From Psammoneis japonica (Eukaryota), in contig QPGO01000167.1 of NCBI GenBank assembly GCA_008632985.1, positions 124,001 through 171,590 of the forward strand: a stretch of 47,590 nucleotides of DNA, read 5' to 3'. Below are positions 11,286-23,300 of the stretch, piece after piece. The notes beneath the pieces were generated by a model that made no database searches, had not been told where the DNA came from, and worked only from the letters and a program-made list of their open reading frames with translations. Made by a program: the position numbers and the translations under genes. Within the stretch, counting starts at the first letter, position 1; each line of letters starts with the position of its first letter.

Positions 11286-14200
11286 ATGAAGTTTTCGTCT
11301 CTTGCACTCCTCGGCCTCTTGGTGATCGAGTCTGTGCAGTCCTTTCAAGTTCCAGCCAGTACGTGGGGTATCACAAATCAACGAGTCTCCACGACAACAC
11401 GTCGTTTCGTCGCGTCTCTTGATAAAGAAACTTCTGCTGCTACTACAACAGATTTACAGTATCCACCCATTTCTCTTTTTGGTAAAGACTGTACTGCGTC
11501 CATCCATGATGATTCTTCTAATCAGTATTCCACCAAGGACTTGTTGGGAGGCAAGGGTGCCAATTTAGCCTGCATGAGTCGTTTGGGATTGTCGGTACCA
11601 CCGGGATTTACCATTACGACCGAATGTTGTTCCAAGTTTTGTAGTAATTGGAATCAAGATTTGCCCGAAGAATTGTGGAGCGAAATTGTAAAGTCCATAA
11701 AACATATTGAAATGCCATGGAGTGTCATTTGGCAATGCCGAAAATCCACTCTTGCTCAGTGTGCGATCCGGAGCCGCCATTAGCATGCCGGGTGAGTGTA
11801 GTGAAGAAGAGTTGTGTGTGTTGTTTGTATATGTTGCTTATGGTATTGCACGCATTCTAAACTTTACTATTATTCATTTGCACCACTATTGTTCTTTTCT
11901 ATAATATAGGCATGATGGACACTGTGTTGAATCTCGGCATGAACGATGAGGTATGCGAGGGACTGGCTCGAAAAACACAAAATCCCCGCTTTGCGTACGA
12001 TTCCTATCGTCGTTTTTTGGAAATGTTTGGCAATGTCGTGTTGGAAATTCCACGATCTCTCTTTGAAGACGTCATGGACGATGTCAAATTTGAAAAGAAT
12101 GTCCAAAGTGATGCGGAATTGAGTGTAGACGATTTAAAGGAAATTGTTGAACAATTCAAACTCGTCTACAAGGAGGCGGGACACGACTTTTCACAAGATG
12201 TTTTGCAACAATTAAGACTCAGTATTGGTGCCGTCTTTCAGGGATGGATCTGACCCCGTGCCATCAAGTACCGCGAGGTGGAGAATATTCGTAACTTGCT
12301 CGGAACCGCCGTCAATGTCCAAGCCATGGTGTTTGGCAACATGGGCGACACGTCGGGGACGGGTGTTTGCTTTACACGAAACCCCAATGACGGATCCAAG
12401 GAGCTGTTTGGGGAATTTCTAATCAATGCGCAGGGTGAAGATGTTGTGGCGGGAATCCGAACGCCCAATCCCATTTCGGAATTACAAGATGTCATGCCCG
12501 GTATGTAAGAGTACTACTTTTTGTCATTGTTGTTTACGCTTTCATGTAACTTATTCCCCAAATCCTTTCCATTACTTTTTCTTCTTGTACAGACGTGTAC
12601 AAGGAATTCCAGAAAAATACGGCAATTCTCGAAGAACAAAACGGGGACATGCAAGATATTGAATTTACCATTCAAGAGGGAAAACTCTACATGCTTCAAA
12701 CCCGCAGCGGCAAGCGTGGTGGACAAGCCGCGGTGCAAATCGCTGTGGATTTGGTAGAGGAAGGACTCGTCACCAAAGAACAAGTCATGCACAAGGTGTT
12801 GCCCGAGCATTTGGATCAATTACTTCATCCACGGTTTGATGACACGACGAGCGACCAATACACGTCGTCCGTGTTGGCCACGGGATTGCCGGCATCGCCC
12901 GGTGCTGCCGTAGGACAAGTGGTCTTTACCAATGAAGGCGTCGTGGAGAATCAGAAAAGGGGCATTCCCTCCATTTTGGTGCGAGATGAAACGTCACCCG
13001 ATGACATTGAAGGCATGTACGGATCCGAGGGTATTTTGACGGCACGGGGTGGCATGACGTCTCATGCTGCCGTTGTGGCGAGAGGATGGGGACGGTATGT
13101 GTTTTTTGCGCCGCTATCAATGTGAATTTGGTTTTTAAAACTACTGCACTGCCTTGTTATCATTAACACATTCGACTCGGATTCCGCTTCTTATGTGTAG
13201 ACCGTGCATTTGTGGCTGTACCGCTCTCAATGTCGACGAGGAGAATGGTATTCTAACCGTGACACTACAAGACGGTTTGCAAAAGACATTCAAGGAGGGC
13301 GACTATATCAGTTTGAATGGAAACACGGGACAAGTCTTGGAGGGCCAACAGCTCGTGTCACCCCCCGCCATTACCGGTACTCTCAAGACCTTTATGGATT
13401 GGGTCGATGAGATTCGCGAGGTGGACGTCTTGGCCAATGCCGACACACCGGCCGATGCGGCCGAAGCACGCAAAAACGGTGCCAACGGAATTGGTCTTTG
13501 CCGCACCGAGCACATGTTTTTCCAACCCGAGCGTATTAGTCAAGTTCGTCAATTGATTTTGGGCAATGACCAACAGTCGGCCGCGGCATTGAAGGAATTG
13601 CTGGAGTATCAGCGTGCCGACTTTGAAGGTATTTTCAAAGAAATGGACGGCACGCCCGTGACGATTCGCTTGTTGGACCCACCCCTCCATGAATTCTTGC
13701 CGTCTCTGGACGATGAGGAGATTTTGACGGGACTGGCAGACCAGTTGGATTCGACGGTCGCTCAAGTCAAGGAACAAGTCAAGGCAACCGAAGAGGTGAA
13801 TCCCATGCTGGGACTCCGTGGTTGCCGTCTTGGTATTACTAGACCTGAAATCATTGAAATGCAAACGCGAGCCATTCTGGAAGCCGCACTGAATGCTATC
13901 GACAATGGAATTGATGCTCAAGCCGACATTATGGTGCCACTGGTTGGAAAAGTAGAAGAGTTTCGTGACCAGGCCCAATTGATTAGGTCCGTGGCTGATA
14001 AAGTGTTTGACGAGCGCGGCAAGACGTGCAAATTCAAGGTTGGAACAATGATTGAGATCCCTCGTGCCGCTCTGACAGCTCATGAGATTGCCAAGGAAGC
14101 CGAGTTCTTCTCGTTTGGGTGAGTATCTTGTTTGTATGCAAAAGAAGGAGGAGGGAATATTTTCCAAGCCGTAAACGCTGACTATTTTCTTGCCTCTCGC

Positions 14201-14551
14201 CTCAAACGTAGATCCAACGACTTGACACAAATGACTTTTGGTTACTCCCGCGACGACGTCGGCACCTTTGTCCCGTCCTATCTGCAACGCGGCATTTTAC
14301 TCGATGACCCATTCGTTACAATCGACACGGAAGGAGTCGGTCAACTCATCAAAATGTCTGTCGAAAAGGGACGCGCTGTAAATCCCAATTTAAAAATTGG
14401 CGTGTGTGGCGAACACGGTGGGGATCCTCGATCGGTTCACTTTTTCAGCAATGAGGCTGGCTTGACCTATGTCAGTTGTTCGCCCTTTCGGGTTCCAATC
14501 GCTAGACTGGCGGCTGCTCAAGCGGCAGTTGAAAAGAACAACAACAAGTAA
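11286..14551 (+). CDS. PPDK: Pyruvate phosphate dikinase, plastid-targeted; exons 11286-11791, 11910-12500, 12593-13094, 13201-14118, 14212-14551; apparent frameshift near 11710 and in-frame TGA at 12251-12253
   Basis: [103 protein letters not shown]. Four GT-AG introns that keep frame. Signal peptide then VQS-FQV. Confidence 0.95.
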
Positions 14552-14649
14552 ATAAATAGAAGTAAGGAGTTGTGGAAAACGCACACGTGGGAGTAGAGGT
14601 TATGTAATAATTTTGTACATCAAAACGACTATTGGTATTATTCTCTCTC

Positions 14650-15470
14650 TCAAACGCTATACCACAATATTGTACTGCCTTGTTGTTCCACATTGTAGTT
14701 TTCTCGTGGCCCATCTAAAAGAACCGACAAGACTCCTCCCGATTTGCCACCACCTACAGACAAACCACCGAGTGCTTGAGCACAAGCATCCACAACCTTG
14801 GCATCCTCGGCATTGTTTTGCGTTGCAATGGGACCGACAATGAGGGTATCACCATCGTTAGAAATACTGGATAGGACCGAAACAACGTCCTTGACGGGGT
14901 CCCTGACAACGTTTGTTGTATCCAATCCCAAATTGCTTGCCATGGATTGAGTGTCTTTATCTGTGGCTGCAACATGGATTGTACCCGGCGTGACACCAGG
15001 ACCTTGGTCGGCTTTGCGTTTGGTCGTCAATTCCAGTACTTCTTTTAAAAAATCCTGCTTGATGGAATCGCCACAAAAGAAGTACACAACACGAGCATTG
15101 GTAAGGTATCTTGTTGCGTCGTTTTCTCGAAGAGGTTTTGGAGGAGCAGAACCGCCTGATGATGATGTGATAAAGGTATGAGCCAAGGGTGTCACTTTTA
15201 TATCCACAGCGGCAGCAGCACTGGCAGGAGAGGAAGCAACAGCAACAACCGAAAGTGCTACATGCTCTAGAAGAGTCCTTCTACTATTGCAAACACTGTC
15301 CTCGACCAGCAGTGTCGCGAAGAATGTTGAGCTAGCAGTATTAGTGTGCTTGACGCTCGTTGCTCTTCTGAGAGGCGGGATCATCATCAACGGTTGAAGG
15401 GCTTCTAAACGCCCAGTTGCAAGGAGAACCCAAACGCAATAGATGCAATAGAAGGATAGCGGCTCATCAT
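14650..15470 (-). CDS. Probable thylakoid lumen protein with tripartite presequence; one-base frameshift near 15432
   Basis: ORF 14650-15390 with twin-arginine NSRRTLL, hydrophobic stretch and PASAAA cleavage site. Restoring one T in GCGTTT(T)GGG joins it to ATG 15470, giving the signal peptide MMSRYPSIASIAFWVLLATGRLEAL. Confidence 0.65.
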
Positions 15471-15561
15471 TACGAGAAACTGTACAAGCACAACAGGTGT
15501 ATGCAAGAGTAAAGGTGGTGTGCTGGAGTGCGTTGTGATTGATGACGGCCTTTGCTTTGAT

Positions 15562-15645
15562 GCGTGCGCCAAGTCGAAGTTGACATCGGCACCCGGAATA
15601 AAGATACCGAACATTCGACAGTATTCAGGAATGATTGTATGAATT
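15562..15645 (+). repeat. Diverged ~85-95 bp direct repeat, copy 1 (copy 2 at ~17342-17439), flanking the EF-hand pseudogene
   Basis: Shared core ACCCGGAA(T/A)AAAGATACCGAACATTC plus flanking GTGCGCCA..GAAGTT and GTAT.CAG..TGAATT similarity. Confidence 0.65.
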
Positions 15646-15799
15646 CTCTTGTCGGCCGATGATTCCTCAACAAGTAAAACCAGTAAAACCGACGCCCATG
15701 ATGACGCTCGTTCGACGACTCGGGTGTAGCCGCCGTCGGGCTGCTGGCTGCTGTCCTCAATTCATGGATCGCTGGCCGCATCCTGCGGCAACACGTTTA

Positions 15800-17240
15800 C
15801 GAGCGATTGTCTTGGTGACAGTGACGTTCGCTGCGATTCAGACTGCCCCAACGACATTGTTGGGGGCAGGATCCACGACAATGGCAAAAGTTCCAAGGTC
15901 TTTTTCGGACGTCGATCCTGAGTTTTCAAGGGGACGGCAAGTCTGTGGAGACAGCCCCACTCGAACCTGGATGACCAAGTGCCGATCCTCCTTGTGATGA
16001 CACGGAGGTGGTGGCGTTTTACAACAATGCAGTTGTTGGTTCCAACCTGATTGTTCACCGCATGTGCACGCACCGCCCTGCCACCCCGGAGTTTTGCCTT
16101 CAAAACGTGACTCTGCTGCTCCTTCATTCTTTTTCACCGGGAGTCTGCGGTGAAAATGGCTGTGCTCAACCTGCAACATTCCATGGAACGTCGACATGCG
16201 AAAACAACGGAGGTGTTGACGCACTCCACTTCACTGGCAGTCATTCGGCTTCTGGACCTGCTGTGCCCCTCAATCTGCCAAAAACGCTGCTGCCTGTCTG
16301 TTTGTTGATGACCAGACTCCATGGGGAGTGACTGTTGTTCCAGGTGTCATCAGCCAGAATGATGCGCACGTGTCTGTTGACAAAGACACGGCTGAGCTTC
16401 ATCGAACCGTCATCAGTCTCTCATTGCCAAGCAGAGACTAAACTTTAGAGTCGCAACCATGACTCGTCTTCAAGAAGAAGAATTTCAAGCCGAAGCACCC
16501 AATGCGTGCAAGTCTTTTAATGTCCCACAAGAACAAAGGGTGCAGGTGCCCCTCATTGTCCTTTCTTTCTGTCGGAAAAAGAATGGTGCAGGGGGCTTGC
16601 CAATGATCCCTTTTGCACAGACTCTCCTCACCAAGAGCCAGAAGCTGCGGTTGACGCGGGTGCGATTGCAGGCTTTGCAATCCCAGGTTGTGCTTTGGTC
16701 TTTCTTGCATTTTACATTCACTGCCATTGCAAACTCAGGGAACAAAAGCACCCGCACAAGAAAATGTTTGCACGTCATGTGGCGCGAAACATCTCGATGG
16801 CACCATCGCCAGGAGGTCTTGGCCCCGAGAAGCCAGCCAAAGAGTTTTCTCACATTGACAAAGACAAGGGTGGTTGCATTGAGAAGGACAAGTTGAAGGC
16901 TTTTCTGTAAGATGGAAAGGCTGGCCAGTTGTCGGACCCCGATTTCCAAGCCTTGTGGAACTCTGTGGATCTCAAAGGCAATGGAAAAGTCAATTTTTTG
17001 TCGACTTCTGCACGTTTCTCAGTGGGTGTGGAGATGAGTTTGACGAAATGCATGCAGAGAAGGAGAAAATGTCATGTTCACAAAAGATCGAATTTGCTGC
17101 GAACCGTTTGTCCATGTGCTCCAGTGCGAAACCAGCAGGAGCTGACATTGTTGAAGAACAAGAAAGAAGACAAACCAGTGGCTGCAGCTCACAATGTTGA
17201 TTTGGCGCCATTGAATGCGGCGGAAGAGTCAGACGTGTGA
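15800..17240 (+). pseudogene. TpA-mutated pseudogene of a single-pass membrane protein with C-terminal EF-hand pair
   Basis: From 16611: FCTDSPHQEPEAAVDAGAIAGFAIPGCALVFLAFYIH (TM), then EFSHIDKDKGGCIEKDKLKAFL* and DFQALWNSVDLKGNGKVNF/VDFCTFL (EF-hand loops). Stops and frameshifts present. 5' limit uncertain. Confidence 0.65.
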
Positions 17241-17464
17241 AGCCATTTGGTTGGCAGATTAAAAAGGTTTGGAAAGATGTATTTAAAAAAAGTTTCTTGC
17301 CTGCAGTGAAACAGTTTCGACTGTGCTTTACTGCAAAGAAGGCGTGTGCGCCAGTAAAGTAGAAGTTTACGTGGGGTACCCGGAAAAAAAGATACCGAAC
17401 ATTCAATGGTATCCAGCATAAAAATGATATTTGTGAATTATCTAGTCGGATGCGTCAAGGAAAA

Positions 17465-19610
17465 GGCAGCTCGTCAAACAGTGTGGGGAAAGCTACATAA
17501 TGACACCATTGAAGTAGACGGTCATTCGTTGAGTAAGTTCCCCTTATGTAGCTTATAACTTTATAAGCTACATAAGGGAAGTTTATAAGCTACATAACGC
17601 AATGATTCAACAACCTGCTCTATGTAGCTTATAACTTTATAAGCTACATAAGGGGAGTTTATAAGCTACATAAAGCGATGCATTATACACTACATAACGA
17701 CAATCGATCAATTACTTAACAAGAGTCATTGTTGTCAGTATAGTGAATTCAGACGCACGACGTCCAGACGATTGAAGCACCTACGAAATAAAGAACGAAC
17801 GAACGTGAAGCCCTCCATCAAAACAACACAGGAAAAAGACCACATGATGGCAGCAACAGCCAATGCTAGATTGTGCCACCAAACCTTTTCCAATGCCAAT
17901 GCATTGCATGCCACATTTTGCTCTGACAAGCAGCACATCCATGAAAAGAGACAGGTTGGACAAAGTCCAAAAATGAGCGAGAAAACTCCTTCTGTGATTT
18001 TGTTGTCATCCACAATCTGGAATCTCACAACTTCAACAGCTGATGTTGCTTTGCCACCAAACTTTTCCCACCAACAATGCTGACACATGACATGCTTCAT
18101 TGCACTCGGAAAAGTGCACACACATGAGAAAAAAGAGAGGTGAGAGAGAAAGAGCCCGAAAATTGACAAACATTCCTTCTGAGTTTTTTTGCTGATGTTC
18201 AGGCTCTTTTCTCAAAACTGTGATGTTTCAATTTGCTCATTCTTGACAGATTGAAGAGTGCAAAATTTGTTCTTCAGACAGCATTTCAAGAGGGGAGACA
18301 AGGGGCGACTCAAGGGCACAGAGCATTCGTTGTGGCAATCTGCAATCTGCCACTTTTGGAAAAGTCTGGGAACAGCTGGCAAATGAGGTTGCTTTTGCCT
18401 CTGAACATTTGAGTGACTGCATGGGATGTTGCTCACTCTGGCTGCAGTGGCCGGCACCCAGGCGCAACTTCTTCTTGCAAAGATGTTCACGTGGCTTGGG
18501 TCCCCCCCACCTCTGAACATCAAGTGGAGCCAAAAAAGGTTGCTCCCTGGTGAGACATTGATTGACACTTCCAAGGAAGGGAGTGTCTTTCAATGCTGTG
18601 GGCACAAAATCTCGGCCGCAGCAGGAGGGCTGCACACTGACCTAAAAAGCTGGCGTGTGTGGGTTGACTGCTCTTGGCATCATGACTGCCACCACCACTG
18701 CCATTTTGACTGCCACCATTGCAACTTCTGCCATTGAAATTGCTGCTGTTGTGACTGCTGCAATTTCAACCACTGCTGTTGTGACTGCTGCCGTTTGCCG
18801 CTGGCGCCATTGCGGCTGCTGCCACTCGGACTGCACTGCAGCTGCTGCCGCTGCAGCCACTGCCATTGCAGCTGCCACTGTGGCAACCACCATTGTGGAA
18901 ACTGTGATTGTTGCAACTGCCATCATTGTGACTGCTGGCGCCATTTGGACTTCTGCTGTTGTGACCACTGTTCGGCTGCAGGGTTGGCTGCGAGGAGCTG
19001 CGACTGCACCACTGTTTGGACTGCTGCTGTTGAAGCTTGAGTGTGCTTTTGCTTTTTGCCTTGATTGGCAATGCTCTCTGCATCTTGCTTGTTCTGGAAA
19101 CATCCTGTTTTGCCTGACTGTGCCCTTCCTCTGTTTTTGGTCCCCCCACACAAATGCTCTTTTGCACAGCTGCCTTGAGATTTTCCAAGGACTGCTGAGT
19201 TTGTTTTTCCTCATCTCTTTTTTGCTTGTCAATCAATTCTTGCTCTAAAGCCTCTTGCCTTTCCCTTGCTCTGGCCACTTGCTGCTCTGCCATGACTGCT
19301 TTCTGATGCTTGCTTTCTTGTCTGGAGTGTGCTTCCACAATGGCCAAGGCCAACCAGGCACTTGGCTTTCATGCCAGCTCTTCTTTGGCATCACACTTGG
19401 CCCCAATGGAATTCCTTGTCCTTTGATGTGGGCCACTCTTCTGCCAGAGCCCTTTCTGCTGCCACCACTGCCGGCTCCGCCCATGGTCATTGATGCTGTT
19501 TTGTGTTCCTTCCAAAACTTTGACACCCGGGCTGCTTTGGCGTGTTGACTCTCGCTTCGCTCGAGTCGAGTTAATCAAAACGCTCTGCCCACACCAGGTG
19601 AAAAATTGCC
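17465..19610. mobile_element. Non-autonomous DNA-transposon-like element E1 with imperfect ~29-bp TIRs and subterminal palindromic repeats
   Basis: Left end GGCAGCTCGTCAAACAGTGTGGGGAAAGC vs right end reverse complement GGCAATTTTTCACCTGGTGTGGGCAGAGC (19/29 by hand). Motif TTATAAGCTACATAA repeated in both orientations at 17541-17675. Decayed minus-strand ORF remnants inside. Confidence 0.7.
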
Positions 19611-19616
19611 GGAAAA

Positions 19617-20071
19617 GGCAGCTCATCAAACAGTGTGGGGAAAGCTGCACAACAACACCATTGATGCAGACGGTCATTCGTTGAGCAAGTTCCCCTTGTG
19701 CAGCTCATAACTTCACAAGCCACGTGAGGGAAGTTCACAAGCTGCATGACGCAATGATTCAACAACTTGCTCTGTGCAGCTTGTGACTTTATGAGCCACA
19801 CAAGGGGAGTTTACAAGCCACACAAAGCGATGCATCACACACTGCATAATGACAATCGATCAATTGCTTGACAAGAGTCATTGTTGTCAGCACAGTGAAT
19901 TCAGACGCACGACGTCCAGACGATTGAAGCACCTACGAAATAAAGAACGAACGATGCTGTTTTGTGTTCCTTCCAAAACTTTAACATCCGGGTTACTTTG
20001 GCGTGTTGACTCTCGCTTCGCTCGAGTCGAGTTAATCAAAACGCTCTGCCCACACCAGGTGAAAAATTGCC
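19617..20071. mobile_element. Internally deleted 455-bp derivative E2 in tandem with E1
   Basis: 19617-19953 matches 17465-17801 and 19952-20071 matches 19492-19610, joined at GA microhomology. AAGGAAAA flanks the pair (17457-17464, 20072-20079) and GGAAAA separates the two elements. Confidence 0.8.
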
Positions 20072-20309
20072 AAGGAAAAATCCAATGTTGGATGGAAACT
20101 CTTGCAAACAGTTAACAGCACAATACAGCAGCGAAGCGCAAATTTTTCTCTACAGTAGAGTAGAGAAAAGAGATGAGCAATAACTGCTCTCTACTCTAGA
20201 GTAGCTGCTAGCTAGCAGAGAGTGACAGCACATCACTCTCTGATTGCTCTGTGTTGATTGTTTGGCGACGAAATGAACAAGCGCATCGCGTCGCGTCCCG
20301 CAAACAACT

Positions 20310-23300
20310 TTATTGCTGGATTTGAAAGGACGAATGCGCATACACAGCTCCGCCACCTGGCAGGGAAATCTTGAACTCTACTGTGAAACACCCCACGCCA
20401 AGCTCACTGTCATGATTCCGCACTTTGAACACCCATTTTCCACTGCTTCTGACAAGTCGCATGGAACCATCACGAATGCGGATTTCCTCGAGGGAGCTGG
20501 TAACGCCTCCAAACTTCAATGTCCCATTCACCCTTGGCTCTTGCCCTGTCTTAACCAGAGCCTCTGTCACCATGTTTCCGCTACAATCCTTCAGTTGAAT
20601 CTTGAGGAAAAGATGCTTCTGTGTGATTTTAAATGCTCTCTTTTCCAAGTAGGAAGGGCAAGTAAAGTCTCTGCCCTTGGCCGGTGCCGGGTGAACAAAA
20701 ACCTTACCCATTGGTCTTCTGGTCGTAATGTCACAGGGGACAAGAACCGTGCGTTTCACATGGTTCTTGTTGCCACACCCATCCTTCGCATGCATGTTGC
20801 TTTTGCATGTTCCAACGACGCCCACGTCAACGTCGACAGAGCGATTGATGTGTAAAATTGGTTTTTCGCCGCCGCTTTGATGTGGGTCGATGCCTGCATT
20901 TAGATCAGCTGTGCTGTTGCAGACAAGGGCAACAGACAGTTGAAGCGGCTCGCTTGTATTTCTTTCGCATTTTTCAGCTGTGGCGATCCATCTACGCCAG
21001 ATTGATTCGCTTGATTCGCAGCCTACCCGAACAGTAGAGCCGTCCTGTACTTTGTCAACATCTCTGCAAACGGTTCCACTTGTTGCAAAAGAAGCTGAGT
21101 CGGTGCTGGGACCACAGGCGGCGGGCTCCTCTTCCATCGTAGCACTTGAGTTGCTGCTCAACTGGTGGACTTGGGCACGGCCGGAGTTGTCCCACTTTTG
21201 TGATCCCACAACGATGCGATTGCCGTCTCCAGACATGGCGACGGTCGATCCCCACCGCACTCTAGACTCGGGATTCAAGCCCTGCTGAGCACCAAGCTTT
21301 GTCCACTTGTTTTGATTCTCGTCATGTTGGAGAACCATGACGCATCCTTGCTCATTGTATGTCTTGTCCCCAAAAATTTCACAACCCGGATTATGCAATT
21401 TACCCTCACATGCAATCTGGATGCACCCAACGGCGATGCGCAAACCATCATCCGAGAGAGAAACGGAAGTTCCGCATGCGTCACACTTTAATGCACCTTC
21501 GACAAATCCCCCCAAGAGCCTGTAAGTTGAAGTCTTGCTGTCCCATTTGTACACATGAACACGTCCTCGCCCTGTGTTGGGCTCCCCAACCGCCACAATC
21601 TTCCCGTCGCCAGAAATTGACAAGGTGCTTCCAAATTTTGTCTCACGGTCTACACCGCTCGACAATTTATCCCGCAGCTCCCACGTCGGCGTTGTGCCTG
21701 ATTCATTGAGGTAACAAACATGCAACTCTGATCGCCCAGCAGCCGCAATTAGCACCTTCCCATCTCCAGATAATTTGTGTGCCACAGAGAAACCCAATGT
21801 GTTCAGTGTTTGTCCAATTTGCTTCCATCGGCCACTGGTCCATTCGAACACGCGGCAACCATTGGCGTCAGGGTCTCGTGACTCTGGTGCGCACGAAAGG
21901 AACCTCGTTCCATCGTCTGAAATTGAGACTCCTGTACCAAAATACAAATCAAACGAATAGTCTCGCCCCCAAATGTCCTCTCCAACCTGTTCCCAAAGCA
22001 TTTTAACGGCATTCATCTTGAACACTCGAACCAAGCCATGTTTGTTGTTGGGGCTGTCATTGTCATCCGAGCCAACGGCAATGCATTCACAATTGGACGA
22101 CATTGAAACCCCTTGGCGGTCTCCAAGGCGGTGGCCTCGCTCTTCATTAATGATTGCGTTTCCAAAAGCGACAAGTTTTCCGTTAGACGTGACTCTTCTG
22201 ACTTCGACTTTGCCGGCCGTTCGTCTTCCGTGTCTGGGATGCTCCTCACCTCCTAGAGCGTCAGGAAATGAAGCCGCCACACACTTGCCATCCCTAGACA
22301 TTGAAACTGTCTGGGGGAATCTTTCATCGCGTTCAACGTTATTGTCACCCTCCCAGAACTTTCCAAGAGGCATCCAACTCAGCTCAGCACTTTTTTCATT
22401 TTTTGTTTCCTGTGCCGAAACAAACGCCCAAGTTGATTTCCGACCACAAAGACTTGCTGTCCGTCTCCTGAAATGTGAACGCTCGTACCCCAATGAGAGG
22501 AGGGGTTTGCTCGAATCTTGTCTTGATTTCCAACATGAATCCACTTGCCGAGGGTACCATCAAAGTCAAGTATGATTACATCACCTGAGCATCCCATGGC
22601 TAATCTCGTACCGTCGGATGAGATCGTCACGGACTTCCCACAAAAGCCATGTTCAAAGTTTCCAATGTGCCCGTATCCCGCAATCGGTTCACTGGCTCTC
22701 TTATATGTTGCTTCTTCAGACATCCACTTGTACACATTTACACGCCCGGTGTACCCTGCATCAATGACGTTTTCCACCTCAACATCGACTTCATGTCGTG
22801 TTGACCCAATGGCAATAACATCCCCGTTGAATGAGAGGGACATGGCATCCCCTAAATGAGGGCTACTGCCTTTTTCGTAAGCAGGTTGAAATGTGTTTCG
22901 CAGCTTCCACCTAGGTGGAGCAACAGATTTGTCGAGCTGATACACAAATGCTTTGCCCTTCGTATGGGGAACATCTGGAGCTCCAACAGCCAATGTTTCT
23001 CCATCACCAGACAGCACGGCGCTTTCACGAAACCTCGTCTTCTTCAGATTAAATGTTTCAAGGCTTTGTCCGAGTTGTTTCCATTTGCTGCTAGTCCATT
23101 CATAGGCGCGGCAGACTCCTAGTTCACATGAGGCAATCTTCTTGCCATCGTCAGATGTGGACAACTGTCGCCCGAACAACTCGTGGGAAGGTTCCTCTGC
23201 CTGAATGTCGAGTCCAACCTGTTTCCAATTATTTGAGGCATCGTCATTCTTGAAGACGCGGAGAATGGCCTTGGAGCTCATGCCTGTTCCAATGTGCTTA

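Noticed and set aside
12251..12253. TGA in PPDK as selenocysteine or programmed readthrough
   Set aside because: Not a Cys-equivalent position as far as I can tell, no SECIS identified, and nearby indels suggest sequence error.
13358..14287. 309-aa antisense ORF
   Set aside because: Shadow of the PPDK coding strand; no independent motifs.
18655..19248. 197-aa Ala/Thr/Val-rich plus-strand ORF resembling antifreeze or mucin proteins
   Set aside because: Antisense reading of a low-complexity trinucleotide region kept open by TA loss.
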